DNA of 63,285 nucleotides, filler included, from Streblomastix strix (Eukaryota): NCBI GenBank assembly GCA_008636045.1. It is 4 parts of 4 records of this genome, joined end to end, with 100 filler letters (N's around TTAATTAATTAA, not from the genome) between each part and the next. Parts side by side here need not be neighbours in the genome. Positions count along the whole stretch, not along the records: positions 15,852 to 31,597 come from SNRW01000941.1; 3 more parts are not named here. One strand, written 5' to 3'. A program made the translations under genes and the position numbers. This document shows positions 17,321 through 30,636 of the stretch, piece by piece. The stretch's first letter is position 1; each line of letters starts with the position of its first letter. The notes under the pieces are model-generated. The model was not told the origin of the DNA. It did no database searches and saw only the letters and a program-made list of their open reading frames with translations.

Positions 17321-18543
17321 CAGTTAAGCTCCACGGATAAGTAAGGACCGGACAAGGAACTCATGACATACAACTACGCTGCAGAACATATTCTGACACT
17401 AGCGAGAATACGTGCGGAACTTCAAGATCCGGTGCAAACAAAAGATCAACTCTTACAAGCGGGATTTGGTGAAGACGATTTAGACCTGAGGAGTGGCGAC
17501 ACAAAACGCAAGTATAGAATCGTAATCAAGAGCTTATTAGATGAGGACTTTCGAAAGAACTTGCTGGCGGCCTCTGAATCGTTGGTTTCAAAACCGAAGA
17601 AAAGGACGCGCGCGCAACAAGATGGTGATATGGCTATGGATGCCAAGATTAAACTAGAACTTAACTCATGGCAGCCGGACTCAATAAACCTCACGGATAA
17701 CATTGAATAAACTCCTAACTCGGAGAGCTCGTCACAACAAACTCAAAACGCTTCAAGGAAAAGATTCAGGAAAGAAATATTAAAACAATGCAGGTGCAAA
17801 TCGGTGAGGCCCTGGGAGTATATATGAGCAAATGGAAGTAGTTTAGCTGTACTGACAGATAAAGGATCAACTAGGAGGACTCGAAATACAGGTGGACTGG
17901 AAACGAAATCCCAATCAAAATATAGCAGTTGAAAACTAATATCGAGAAAGGTGATCAATATGGCGATGCAATGACTGCGCTCTCAGCTTCACAATCAACA
18001 GCCTAGACAGCATATGCGAAAACACTGGAGGGAAGATCGATCGAAGACGAATGCAAACATATATTTAAATTAAGCACAGTAAGGGCAAATGCATTGACTT
18101 AACTGAAGGAAGGAATCAACTTGCCATACCTATTTAGAATAGTTGCGGCGAACAACGTACTGCCTCCTGATATAATAACTGAGGATACAATGGAAAGAAT
18201 CAAGAGATACACTGAATAGAAGAACCTGGAATACAAGGCAACAGCTATGGCGATGTAATTCGGGACTACATTCCTATAACAACTGTTCAACCCAAACTCA
18301 ATAACATATCTGGCTCCTCCACACATATATAATTAAGTGCAATAATACTACAACTAACAGCCAGGTGGATTTTTAGGAGATGTATAGAATTTCAAAGCAT
18401 GTGGCGATAAAGACGCGATCGCGGACGTGGAGTATTCTAAACCAACGTTCAAATAGGAGCGAATGCCTTCCCAGTGTTTCCACGCAATCCATGAGCTGAG
18501 GAGGAAGAATCTCAAGGCTCACCCACATCATAAAGCCAATTGA
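17318..18543 (+). pseudogene. DIRS ORF1 (gag-like), frameshifted
   Basis: ATG at 17318 is in frame with ORF 17363. That frame stops at about 17828 and a second frame carries on open to TGA at about 18541-18543. Assigned by position only. Confidence 0.55.
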
Positions 18544-18614
18544 AAGAGAAAGAAGTGGAGGATGATAATGATGAGTTGAGGTGAGGCTTATAAAGGTCCA
18601 ATAAAGAAAATCAA

Positions 18615-20520
18615 CTGAAAATTGGAGCACGATTGGTAGATTTTCTTTAAGTATGGGACCAAATTGGAAAAGGAAACTAATCGAAACTAGATGCACACCA
18701 ACGTGGAGAAAAAATTAAAGCTAATAAATTCTCTATTGGAGCAATGCGAAGATGGAATTCAAAGGCAATAAACAATAGACCTAACTGCTGATGCAAATCG
18801 TCAACAAGGAGCTAATGGAGGGAACTTTAATGGTAATTCGAGAACAAGAGATAAAGCTATAGAACCCAACATACCTTATGCCCGAACCGAATGGAGAATG
18901 GAAGAGGATATTAGACTGGAGAACGTTAAATAGGGAACTTATTGCTAAACACTTTAAGATGATAGACATCCGAAATACAATTTTAATGCAAAGAATAGGG
19001 GACTGGATGTGCACGTTGGATATAACATCTGCCTTCAACCACATAAGGGTTAACCAACTACTGCAACAATATTTGGCGTTTCAGATACAGGGAATTAATT
19101 ATACATAAGTTGGGATGCCATTTAGGATATATATTGCGCCATACACATTTGCGAAAACGATACAACCGACAATTGAGAGAGTGAGAGTGAGATGTTAAAC
19201 ACAATTATAGAATTATGCGGACGATATAATACTGTTTAATAATAATAAATACCAAATACAAAAGGAAATAATTCAGATTCTAACGATATTCGAAGAGATG
19301 TGATTGATAATTAATCGAAATAAGAATAAACTGGACCCAAAGAGATAAACAACTTTCCTCGGATTGAATTGGAACTCAGAATCAATGACGTTGTAGACAA
19401 CCAAATTAATGTCGAAGCAGGTAATGATACCCTAATTAAATAAGCACAGTTGATACAGTAGCAGTAATATCAAATCGTAAGAAGCGTGGCAAGGCTGATT
19501 GGACAAATCCAATATATAAGAGTTTAATACACACGAGGAGGTCTTCATATCACGTCCATGATTCGGGAAATGAACAAATCAGCAAAGAAGGCAGGATGGG
19601 ATAGCCCGATCAAGTTATCGAGAAGAGCATTGATTGAAGCAGAGCAGTGGATGACACAAATTAAGAATAATAAACCTAGGAATATAGAAGCACATAAGAC
19701 TTAAGCAATGATAGCAACGGACGCATCTCTAGGGAGATGGGGAGCAACCTTACAAATTCTGGGAATGGATAAACAGAGGATCTCTAAACCGTAGAAAGTA
19801 AAGATCCTAACTTCAAATAGAAGGGAAATAATTGCGGTTTTATTAGCATTAAGTTATTTTTAGTCAATATTGCAACATAATCATTTGTGTCACATGAAGG
19901 TAAAGACAGACAATACAACAGCATGCTACTACTTAATCAATGGGAAAGCTAAAGTAGGATTGAGAAGGCTAATAAACCAGATCCTCTTATACATAGAGGA
20001 ACAATATTAGGAAGTTAAGTTTAAACACATCCTTGGAGTTAATAACACAGAAGCTGATTCACTATCGAGGCTCAAAGTTTCGGGAGATTACTCAATGGAC
20101 AAATAAGTGCTACAGCAAGTACTAGAAGAATGGGAGATTTGAATTATATTAGATTGCTTCGCGACCAGGAGAATCGCAAAACACCATAGATATTTTTCAT
20201 TAGAAAGCGACGCTTTAGCAGAGAATTGGGACGGAATGGAGCAATTATGGGAATGTGAAACACCATAACAACATTGTCCAATCTCATTGATTCCAGCTGT
20301 CATATATAAGGTAGAGTTGGAGTAGGTAAAAGGGATAATAATAGCACCAATATGGAGAGGATAGGTGTGGTGGACAGCCCTAATGCGGATCACTATACAC
20401 TGGAAGAAGCTATTAGATAGTTAAAGCGTCCTTAAGGAAGGAGTATGGATGAAGAGGAATAAACAGAAACTACCTCCGGGGAAGATTGGGATTTTCATGG
20501 TAGACGGGGAGAGAAAGTAG
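18615..20520 (+). pseudogene. DIRS pol: reverse transcriptase, RNase H and DNA adenine-methyltransferase-like domain, disrupted
   Basis: IGARLVDFLQVW; WKRILDWRTLN; LDITSAFNHI; GMPF; NYADD at 19211-19225. RNase H: ATDASLGRWGA, SNRREIIAV, KTDNTTA, NTEADSLSR. MT-like: LDCFATRRIAK, PISLIPAVIYKV, IIAPIWRGQVWW. In-frame TGA at 19301 and about 20140, plus frameshifts. Confidence 0.9.
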
Positions 20521-21320
20521 AGCAATTATTCAACGAGTGCCTATTACATACAGTACTAACAGGATAATCAATATAAGGAATAATAGAAGGATGGCACGGA
20601 AGCTGGAAGAGACACGCATCCTCTTCAACAATATTTGCAGAGTATTGAGCTTAACAAACTTAAAACAGTTCTACAATTATCAACATTGGAGCAACGATAT
20701 CCTGCAATAGCCAATTACATTACATATCTCAAACCACTAGAGTCAGATGCCTGTATAATATAAGCAAAGAACTCCAATTCAACGGTATTCGAACTTATGG
20801 GTAAATAAATCATCTTTAAAGGGAATAAAAGATTTGAATAATTGATGAATAAACATGTTAATAGAGCAACAAAGGTTAGAAAAGAAATTAGATACTGGAA
20901 ACTGGGCTAATTAATACAATATATAAGTAAGTAAGCAACTTTGAGCGGCAAAAATAAGTTAAACTCAGATCAATTAATGAAAGTACCACTCATACTAATT
21001 ATAATCTATACTGTACTAAGAATGGCAGAAGTATAAAGGGCGGAATTGTGAATTGAGAATGCCAACTAAGGGGAGATTGTGATAGCCACAATGACTATGA
21101 AGAAACCACGAGGACCTGTTGATAACACCCTAAAGGCTGTCTAAGATAGAACTATATGCCCATTAGGTGGATATAGAGCTGGTTGGAAAAGAGAGAGGTG
21201 AAAGAAGAATAGATGAAAGAGTAGGTATGGAGATATAGAAAGAAAGAGAAAGTGTGGAGCGCAGATAAGTATAGTAAGGGTGTTAAGTAAGTGTTAGTGG
21301 GAGCGGGAATTGAAGGATAT
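20507..21320 (+). pseudogene. DIRS tyrosine recombinase, truncated
   Basis: Overlaps the pol end. Contains YTVLRMAEV (catalytic Arg box) and DRTICPIRW, then stops at GAGIEGY in a (TA)n(TG)n run. No HxxR or catalytic Tyr is visible; internal TGAs are present. Confidence 0.75.
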
Positions 21321-21370
21321 ATATATATATATATGTGTGTGTATGTGTGCATAGATGCCTTCTCTTTAAA

Positions 21371-21479
21371 TTATGTCCAAATAAACAGGGAAGCACGTAT
21401 TAGCGAAAGGATTATGACATAATCCGACCCTAGGGAGGGTTAGGCACCAAATCCTGTAGATAATGCAAGCTGACCTGTT
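21371..21479 (-). repeat. Internal complementary region (ICR) of the DIRS element
   Basis: 21371-21442 is the imperfect reverse complement of the left end (17213-17283). 21443-21479 (…atcctgtagataatgcaagctgacctgtt) is the imperfect reverse complement of the right end (about 21893-21929). The two halves join at TTA. Confidence 0.88.
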
Positions 21480-21847
21480 TCCCACCACGAACTAACATTC
21501 GTTCCCACATAATAAATAATTATATTGTAGAGAAGCGGTTGAACCGGACACAATAATAACCCCATAGGTACCCTTCAACGCGTCGATTGAAAATAACAAT
21601 GATGATAATCAACATAACAATAACAATGATATAAATAACAATAGCAACTAAGATAATAAACAACGCAACAACAACGATGATACAAATAGCCACAATAGCA
21701 ACCAAGATAACAAGCAATCTAATAACAACGATGATACAAATAACAACAATGGAAACAAGAAAAAACAAGAATGACAATATAATTATTTATTCATGTTTAC
21801 AATTATTAAAGTTATAGTTAAATCATTATTAACATACCACTTTTATA

Positions 21848-21908
21848 CATTTCAGGAACGATTAGGCCCTTAAGCGCCTTTATGTCCAAATGAACAGGTC
21901 AGCTCGCA
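21848..21908 (-). repeat. Right ITR of the DIRS element
   Basis: Imperfect reverse complement of 17256-17320, followed by a non-matching 24-bp terminal extension ending ...gatacataa. Confidence 0.88.
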
Positions 21909-21932
21909 CTATCTACAGGATGTGATACATAA

Positions 21933-22560
<628 letters not shown>

Positions 22561-22719
22561 TAAATAAAATAATGTATAATAAGAAGATTTGTAATATTAA
22601 TTATTTAATAACTTTCTCTTCAAGTTGTTAATCAGAATAATTGATAATATCTAATAAAATATAATCACAAATTAATCTTCTAATATAATTTTCAACATTT
22701 TAACTGTCATTTGCACAGA

Positions 22720-24205
22720 ATTAAGATGTTCTCAAGTTCACAGATTAAGTTTATGCATCATTTCTTCGTAAAGAATAGTTTAGACATGGCGCTGAATTAC
22801 ATATAGCATATGCTTTCTTCGTGTAAGATTATAGACTTGCAATGTAGATTTAATTACTTGCAGACTTATAGAAATCATGTGAATACTTCCCTGGATGGGC
22901 AACATATTGGATTGTTTTATAGATTGATGAGATAAGCTGAAGAATCGATGGAATCAGAGAAAAGAATTAATCAGTAAAGAATTGGAAGTAATTAATTGGT
23001 TACTTAGAGTTCAAATGATGGAACAGCAATGATGGATTCTAAATAACAAACAGGTAATATATAGCTATAATAAGCTGATTAACAATATGAGATGTCAACA
23101 GCACGTTTAATCAGCGTTTTGAGCTTGCATACAAGACGTTCAATGGATGTAGATAAAGTTGAAATTCCAATACGAATAGCATCCTAAAATGCCAGATTAG
23201 CATAAGAATAATTCAACACATTACTAATAGCTCATTCAGAGAACGCAAATATTCTTAGATAGTATTGAGTGCTTATGAGAGATGTTTATGGAGAAGATAG
23301 ATTAGGGATTGAGATGTTTTGAGAAGCAGATGTGATGGAATAAGGGAATAAAGGTGATTTTTTGAAGAAATAAGATGAAAAAAGCATAAAATGATCTATT
23401 GGGTTTGGATGCTAATAAAGCAAATTAATTAGAGAGTGAATAAAAAGATAATGAAGGCCAAGATGATAATTATAAGAATGAAGGTGGGAAAACATTACAG
23501 AAGTCGGATTCATTATCAGATGTGAATATTTTAACTAATAAATTTTCAACTAAATCTGCATCTTAATCAACTTCTAGTGTTGTACGTACTGGATCACAGA
23601 AATCTGAAATTCTCAAGAAGCTTCAGACAAAGCAAACAAAATAATATCAAACATTCATCTTAATCTTTTCATTCCTTTTCATATCTCTTGTGTTAATGAT
23701 TGTATTATTCATCTTCTTATACATATACATATTCATTGGTACAAACTTCATCAGTGCTGTTTATGCTGGAAGAGCTTTTAGACGCGCTATTGTTGTTGCT
23801 GAATTAATGAATACAGCTCTTGATTACTCAAGATACTACATGTTTGAAGTACTTATGGTTGATCAGGATGGTGGTATATAAGTTGATGGAGTTTATGGCG
23901 AAGCAACAGGAGTTTCATATCCTTTACTCATTGAATTGAACTAAGAATACGATCAATTGTATTAGTGGGGTTATTATAATTAAGTTTGTTGAGGTAAAGA
24001 TCCAATGTTTGAGAAGTTGCAGCAAATGTAATAAGGTAACGATGCTCATTAAGAAGCATAACATCTTGGAATGGATCCAGATATGCATTAAGGTATGATA
24101 CACCGTGGTATGATGCATGATGGAACATATGGATATTCAACTGCTTAATATCAAATGCTTGGATAACCAGGATTTGATAGTCAAACACAAGTACTAAAAT
24201 TTGAT
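22720..24205 (+). pseudogene. TmcB/PAS-family-like membrane protein fragment (TPR-like part plus one TM segment), disrupted
   Basis: AELHIAYAFFV..., AQEQFNTLLIAHSENANILRQY*VLMRDVYG...EMF*EADVME, then a Ser-rich linker and a TM segment (FILIFSFLFISLVLMIVLFIFLYIYIF). Several in-frame TGAs. Family call is from motif recall. Confidence 0.45.
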
Positions 24206-24401
24206 ATGCTAGAAAAGATATATATAATAATATCAAATATATGTTGCATTTTGTTCCAACTATTTTAAGCCAAAGTTAAATATTGTAAAAAAATATATTT
24301 ATGATTTATTTTTATTTAAAATATTAAGACAATAAAAACTGATTGTACTAATTAGTATGAAATTGAAAATTAATATACGAATATAAAACAAAATAAACTC
24401 A

Positions 24402-26513
24402 TCAATACCAATATGGTCTTGTATTGCCCTATTCTATGAAGTTGTTAAGTATTGCTCCTTTGGCTATGATTGCATTATTCTTGATATTATAATTCGATTT
24501 TTTATTAATTTATTATGAATCAATTTCTTCATTCCCACCTTCTTCCTCAATTTGCTCATCTGATCTATGAGCAAGAAGAAGTTGAGGTGGGAATGAATAT
24601 TATTTCCCTTTATTAAGACATCTGAGAAAATTAGATATGTAATCCAATCCCCAATAGATCTCCTTATCTTTTTCTTCTCCATGACCATTAGCAGTACTAA
24701 TAGCAATAATTAATATTCTAGTATAATTAGCATTAACAAGTTCAGATTGAGTTAATACATCACCACAGAACTGAATTGTACCAAGACATCCTCTACTGCC
24801 ACTTCTTAGTGATAATGTCTATTGATCATTCTCTTAATTGAAATGAGTACCGATCTTATAAATAGAAAGTGTAGTAAGTGAATGGAGAGCTTTTGGTGTA
24901 TTAATCACTTCTTTATATTTGTTGTTATTATTATAGATTATATTATTAAGGAGATTAATAGAATATGTGATAAGTGAAATGGAAGAGGATTATTCTGTTT
25001 ATTATTAATCGTGTTATTCTTATGAGTTTGTTCTCTTGTTGAATTGAGATTAGGATGCAAACTAAATAAGAGAATGCGTAAGATGTGGAATAATATTATG
25101 ATCATTCACTAATATTTCTTTGAATTAATAATTAAACCAAAATACTTCATTGAGAGTTAAGATAACAGTAGATTTTAATTCTAATAAAGCAGAAGATTAT
25201 GGAATATTGATACATTATTAGCAATTGATATTAGTTGGACAATTGAGATGAATTAATGGAACAATTCTTTCTTTCAGAATATTAGTAATCTGATATGGAA
25301 TTCTTATTCCTAAATTTGGATCTTACTCTCTAATTAAATGAATAACACTAGTTAGTTTTGCTGATTATTTTATTTCTCTTTCTATTACTTCATTCTCTTA
25401 TTCATTCTTGTTTCCTTTATTATTTTCTTCTTTTAATTTATTGATTGTGTGTAATAAATTATTTATATTCTTTTCAATAACTTATATATAAGAATTAATC
25501 ATTTATTAATCAGAAACCCTTCCTTTATTTATTTGAATTTGTATTCTTATTAATTATTCTGTTTCATTTGAATATTTTATTTATTCCTTTTCTTCTTTAA
25601 TTTTATCTTTTATCATCAATTTAATCTTATTAAGAAGTCCAGAGTTCTCAATATCATTGAAGAATTAGTTACTATACATTATTTTTTATTCTGAAATTAA
25701 TTCAATTATATCCAATAGAATCTTCAATATTACACTTCTACAATCATTGATATAGTATTGTATTAATTTGAATGTATCAATATTAAATATCTTTCTTAAT
25801 TCATCTTTATCTTTCTTTTTCAATTCATTATATATTTCTCTTATTTTAATTACTTTCTATTCATCATTAATTGTATTTGATTCAATAATGGAATGAATAT
25901 CTTTAATTGTTTAATGCAATTGATTTAATTAATATTTTGGAGCTGTTGAAGATATGATAAGATTAAATGAATAAAAATTAATGTAAAAAGATTATTTAAT
26001 ATGAATTTCAATTAAATTAATTAATAAAAAATTTAATCATTCTATCAATTAAATAATAAAATAATTACCTTTTTATTTTCTCTTTGATTTTGAAGATCCT
26101 GAACCGGAATGTGATTTTGGATTGGTAATTGATTATTATAAATTGTCAGATTGTTGTTTGATTTGTTCTTTTTGGCCAGGAGGATTGATTTATGATTTTT
26201 ATTTATCTATTGGAATCATAGATTTGATTGGTTCTTTTCCATTTTATGTCTTCATTGAATTCATTATTTATGGAGAATGTTGTGCGGTTTATATTGGAAG
26301 ATCCATCGGAATCTAAGAAATTAGGTTTGACTTTTAAACTAATATTCTTTTTGGCACTTTTCCAACATGTCCATCTTTTTCAACTTTCAAATATTTATGT
26401 TTCTTTTTAATCAGTTGAACTACATCACCTTTCTGAACACGAAGAAATTTCGCAACTCCTTCAACTCCATCATAATCTGCAATAGCTTCAAAGTATTATT
26501 CAGTGGTTGACAT
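24402..26513 (-). CDS. N-terminal SH3 domain plus helical/ARM-like protein
   Basis: MSTTEQYFEAIADYDGVEGVAKFLRVQKGDVVQLIKKKHKYLKVEKDGHVGKVPKRILV is SH3-like, with the conserved Trp replaced by Tyr. Pro/Gln linker; intron at about 25943-26068; ends GNTRPYWY-TGA at 24404-24402. Confidence 0.7.
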
Positions 26514-27949
26514 TGACAAACTGAATAAATAACAGGATTAAAATAAATAAATATAAATACAATGAAAATAAGTTGAATAAGAAAACAAATGTAATATTTA
26601 ATCAGTTTAATATTATCAACAAGTTATTTAAAATTGTTGTTTAATTCGCGATTTGATTATTCAAATCAGATAAAAAATTTATATGAATCATTTTAAAACA
26701 AGTGATATTATAAGGATTAAAAGCTTGAAGCAGAAATGAAGTAATATTACTAAGCTATAAATAAGTTTATTGAAGTTGTAAACCAGTGTGAGGCAGTCAT
26801 AAATATGCGCATGGCAGTTGTAAATTAGTGTTAAATGAATTTAAGATGTGCGAGGCAATTGTTGACATGCTCATATTAATTTATGGATAGACAAATTCAA
26901 TACACATTGAATAATACATTAATGACATTATTCTACAAGCAAACAACGGTGTAAATTGCGTTGGAATTGAATTTCTTAAATAGATCGCGCTCTTGCGGAT
27001 AAGAGAACAGATTGTATGGATTTGATAGAAAAGAATAATGTTTCACTCGTTGTTATGGGTGATTGATATTCTAAAAGTTTTCAAAGCGCATTAAGAGAGA
27101 AATCAATAAATATTCGGAATAATTTGTTCGGCTGAGTTCTGGAATGCAAATAGTCTTTTAATATGCTTTATGGGTTAGGTTTTGGAATTGATCTCATTTA
27201 TCTTGGAAGTGCTAGTTCATAAGCTAGAGAGAATCATACAAACTTTCTGGGTTAGTAAAGGGAGCATTTCTTAAAATAGAACGCTACATTCTTATTTTCA
27301 ATTTTAAAATTTGATAGAAATTTATTTTTCATATTCATTTTAATGAATGATTATCTATATTAATCTTGGTATGAATAGTTATTTACATTTTTATTTATTT
27401 TTACATGTTTAGTTTATTAAGTATATTAATTTGCAAATTCTGAAATATATATTTAACTATTATCATTATTTCCTAATTTTTAATATAACTATCTATTTCT
27501 AACCAATTAAAATTGATTTAATATTTCCAATAATAAATAGCGTTTTATGCAAGAATGCTGTCTATAATTTTATTAATTAATTATATATATTCTTCATATT
27601 TGTTTATATTCCTATTTAAATTATAGAATTTTCAATTTGAATTACAGAACGAAGCCAAGTGTTCAAGTTTTAGTCTTTGAGTTTTGCTTTGTTTTCAGAT
27701 GTTCTAATGTTTCTTTTAACCCTTAAAACGTTCTGATATAAGAAGCATCGGGTTCTAAGAAGTATTGAAGAAAATAGGGTATACAACATTTCTTTTTCCA
27801 ACTTTAATCCTTATCTTATTATTTCTTGTTTAAATTAACTTCATTAAACTCTATTTCGACCAATCTTTCTACTTGCAATCCAACACAACACTTATTATTT
27901 TCTTCATTCTATTTGCATTCATGTTCTTTACTACAGTTTTTATACGGTT

Positions 27950-29050
27950 TCTTATTACATTATTCAACAAATAAGAAATTTGAAAAGAAAATCCCAGAAG
28001 ATCTGCAATATTTCTCATAACAGTTGATTTGGATCACTATCTTCATATCTCCTGGAGTAATGTATAACATCATGAATTTACCTTTAAATTGCATTATTCA
28101 TTTGGATAAAATACTTGGTGATTATTGCCATCCTTAGTTGAACTTATGGGAAGCTATTATATGGATAATTTTGATGCTACTTGCGATTGTTTTCTCGTTC
28201 GTTGTAAGAATCTTCTCGTATGAATTCTTAATGCACACAAAGTTCATCATAGTGAGCCGCGATTGTATATTCAATGGGTGGCTACTAGTTGTACAGAATA
28301 TATCGACTGTTATTCAAACAATGTTAGTTGAAGAATGTCCTCTAGTTTCTGCACTCTTGAATGTTGGAGTGCATGGCCTTTATGATGAATATGTTATATT
28401 TAAAAGTCCAATGAAACGGATTGGTGGGAATGATTTAGGAGCAGTATATTTATGGGTTGTAGCATCTGGTGGTATTGTCAGTCAAATTCTTACAGCTCTG
28501 AATGCTCTGAGCTGAATGAATAGTGTTTGATTGAAAGTACTCTCTAATATTGTATTCTACGTATCAATTGTATTATTAATAATCATATCTGGATTTGCTG
28601 GATATACAGTTGTTGGAAGAATAGCTGTTAATTTATGAATTCTTAGGCTTGTAACTTTTCTGAGATAAGCTTAACTATCAAATGCAGATGATATGAATTA
28701 TGAAGTTTTCAATTTGAAGAAGAATCTAATTGTAGAATAATAAATAAGAAACTCAAATATTCCAATTATTCCAGGATCATATTCAGAATCAACATCGCAA
28801 TAATCATCTGTTTAAAATATAACAACTAAGAATTCTTTAATTAAAGGTGAAAATATATCTAATATAACAGATAAAAATAAAAAGAATATTAAATTGAAAG
28901 AAATAACAGTTGGATTCAGTGTAATGATTGGAGAAGATGATGATATTGGATATATATTGGATTTAATATTTGAAGAAGTACTTGAATAGTTCCATTAACA
29001 TCTCGATGTGCTAGAAGCTATTGATATGAGTAATAGCTAAAGAGCATGGT
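27950..29050 (+). pseudogene. Multi-pass membrane protein fragment resembling the TmcB N-terminal domain, disrupted
   Basis: LNCIIHLDK..GDYCHPQLNLWEAIIWIILMLLAIVFSFVVRIF... with 5-6 hydrophobic segments. In-frame TGAs at about 28513, 28528 and 28636. Boundaries approximate. Confidence 0.4.
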
Positions 29051-29066
29051 GCATACAATATATTTA

Positions 29067-29283
29067 ATCATCATCATATACATCAAAATAATCTTATACA
29101 TCATAATAATGATATACATCATAATAATCATATACATTATAATAGTCATAAATATCATTATAATAATGAAATATACATAATAATCATGATATACATGATA
29201 ATAATCATATACATCATAATAATAATCATATACATCATAATAATGATATACATCATAATAATCATATACATCATAATAATCAT
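29067..29283. repeat. Minisatellite, unit about 18 bp (catcataataatcatata and variants)
   Basis: Tandem degenerate units are directly visible; they create the spurious DYYDVY ORF on the minus strand. Confidence 0.85.
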
Positions 29284-29389
29284 ATTCTTTTTGGCACTTT
29301 TCCAACAAGCCCATCTTTTTCAACTTTCATATATTTATGTTTCTTTTTAATCAGTTGAACTACATCACCTTTCTGAGCACGAAGCAATT
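29282..29389 (-). repeat. Duplicated partial SH3 segment (copy of 26342-26449)
   Basis: About 108 bp with about 5 mismatches at offset 2940; encodes ELLRAQKGDVVQLIKKKHKYMKVEKDGLVGKVPKRI then TGA. Confidence 0.9.
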
Positions 29390-29648
29390 CCTAATTTAAA
29401 TATTAATATTGCATTATCCTACTTTCTAATCTAATGTAAATCCTTGAATTTAATAATTTTAAAGTTAAATAGCTAATTACGCAACTCAATTGAAAATAAT
29501 TTCGGTACAAATTATTTAATTCTATTTGTTTTATTTTATTATATTGTTATGAATAGTTGTGAAATTCGCAAACAAGTAAAATATCATGCCATTTTCCTGT
29601 TATTAGCTTATGTTCTGATGTTTATCAGTCTTTATAATAATTTGTTTT

Positions 29649-30636
29649 TCAGTTCAAATAATCTTCCAAGTGGAACCATTTCACTTCAATCTCCCCATCG
29701 ATGCTAGAAGTCGTTGGTTCAGAGAGTTCCTTGACTGAGAGAATTCTCACATATTCTCTAATATCAGTCATGTGGATCTAATCAATGGATATTATAGTAG
29801 ATATTAATATATATTTCAGAGTCAATAATAGTATTTTGCATACAAAGAACTGAACTGAGTCAGGTAATTTGCTCATAAACACTGGTTACTGTTTATTATT
29901 TATAATGAGATGCATTTGCCGAGTGTTCATGTTCACTTCAATGACGATTTTGTTTTCATCATTTGCTTAAAATATTTAGTTTCCTTCTGTACCTATTTCC
30001 TTATAGTACAAACGTCCACTTTAATAATAATTAAAAAGTAAATAAAAGATGATAAATAACATACTTTTTATGAAAATATGCAGCTTTTGTAGCATCTTGA
30101 TTATAATACAAATATAAAATTAGATAATTTATTTAAAAAGTTAATCCAAAAAACCATACATGGATGATTATAAGGATGTTTTGTATATGGAACTTTTTCT
30201 CCGGATTCTTTAACACCAATGCCTATAAAATTTGAATTGATATTTATTTATTATATAATAATAAAGTTTGAAGCATACATATATTGCCAATAACTAGAAA
30301 AGAAAGTTCAAGCTATTTAATCCCATGCGTTATTTCTGGAAAGATTGTAAAAGTTTTATTCGAAGCATCAATTGATTCGAATATTAGTTATTCTGGATAT
30401 TTCTTCCATGATGTTGCAGGGGCATCTGTACGAATATCTATTTCCCCTTAAAATACTGATTCTTATTCTGTTTACTATGTTGGTAAGGAAGATTTTTATT
30501 TATTTTCGAGTAAATGAATTCTTTCTTCCAATCGACTAGCAATCTCCCTGAATTGGACAATTTGAGCATTAAGTTGTTCAAGTTGTTACATAACTCCAGA
30601 TTCTAACTATTCTTGCTAACTTCTCACGCTTTCCAT
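29649..30636 (-). CDS. Coiled-coil plus SPRY/B30.2-like domain protein, multi-exon
   Basis: ATG at 30636; QLEQLNAQIVQFREIASRLEERIHLLE (coiled coil); IGVKESG; GNQIFQANDENKIVIEVNMNTRQMHLIINNKQQPVFMSKLPDSVQF; ends VKWFHLEDYLN-TGA at 29651-29649. Confidence 0.65.

Larger units (their letters stand above)
17213..21932 (+). mobile_element. DIRS1-type tyrosine-recombinase retrotransposon, degenerate, about 4.7 kb
   Basis: Less AT-rich island with ORF order gag-like, RT, RNase H, methyltransferase-like, YR. It has inverted terminal repeats and an internal complementary region. Removing it restores the host frame YYP-Q-TAWILNNTVR. Confidence 0.92.

Noticed and set aside
21520..21777. Hydrophobic Val/Ile-rich minus-strand ORF suggesting an env-like membrane protein
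   Set aside because: Reverse reading of AAC/AAT repeats; composition alone explains it.
26680..27300. Coding-like plus-strand stretch
   Set aside because: Needs frameshifts and contains TGAs; no family recognised, so not annotated.
29018..29323. DYYDVY-repeat ORF and CRISPR-like appearance of the repeats
   Set aside because: Contiguous minisatellite with no unique spacers and no cas genes; eukaryotic context.
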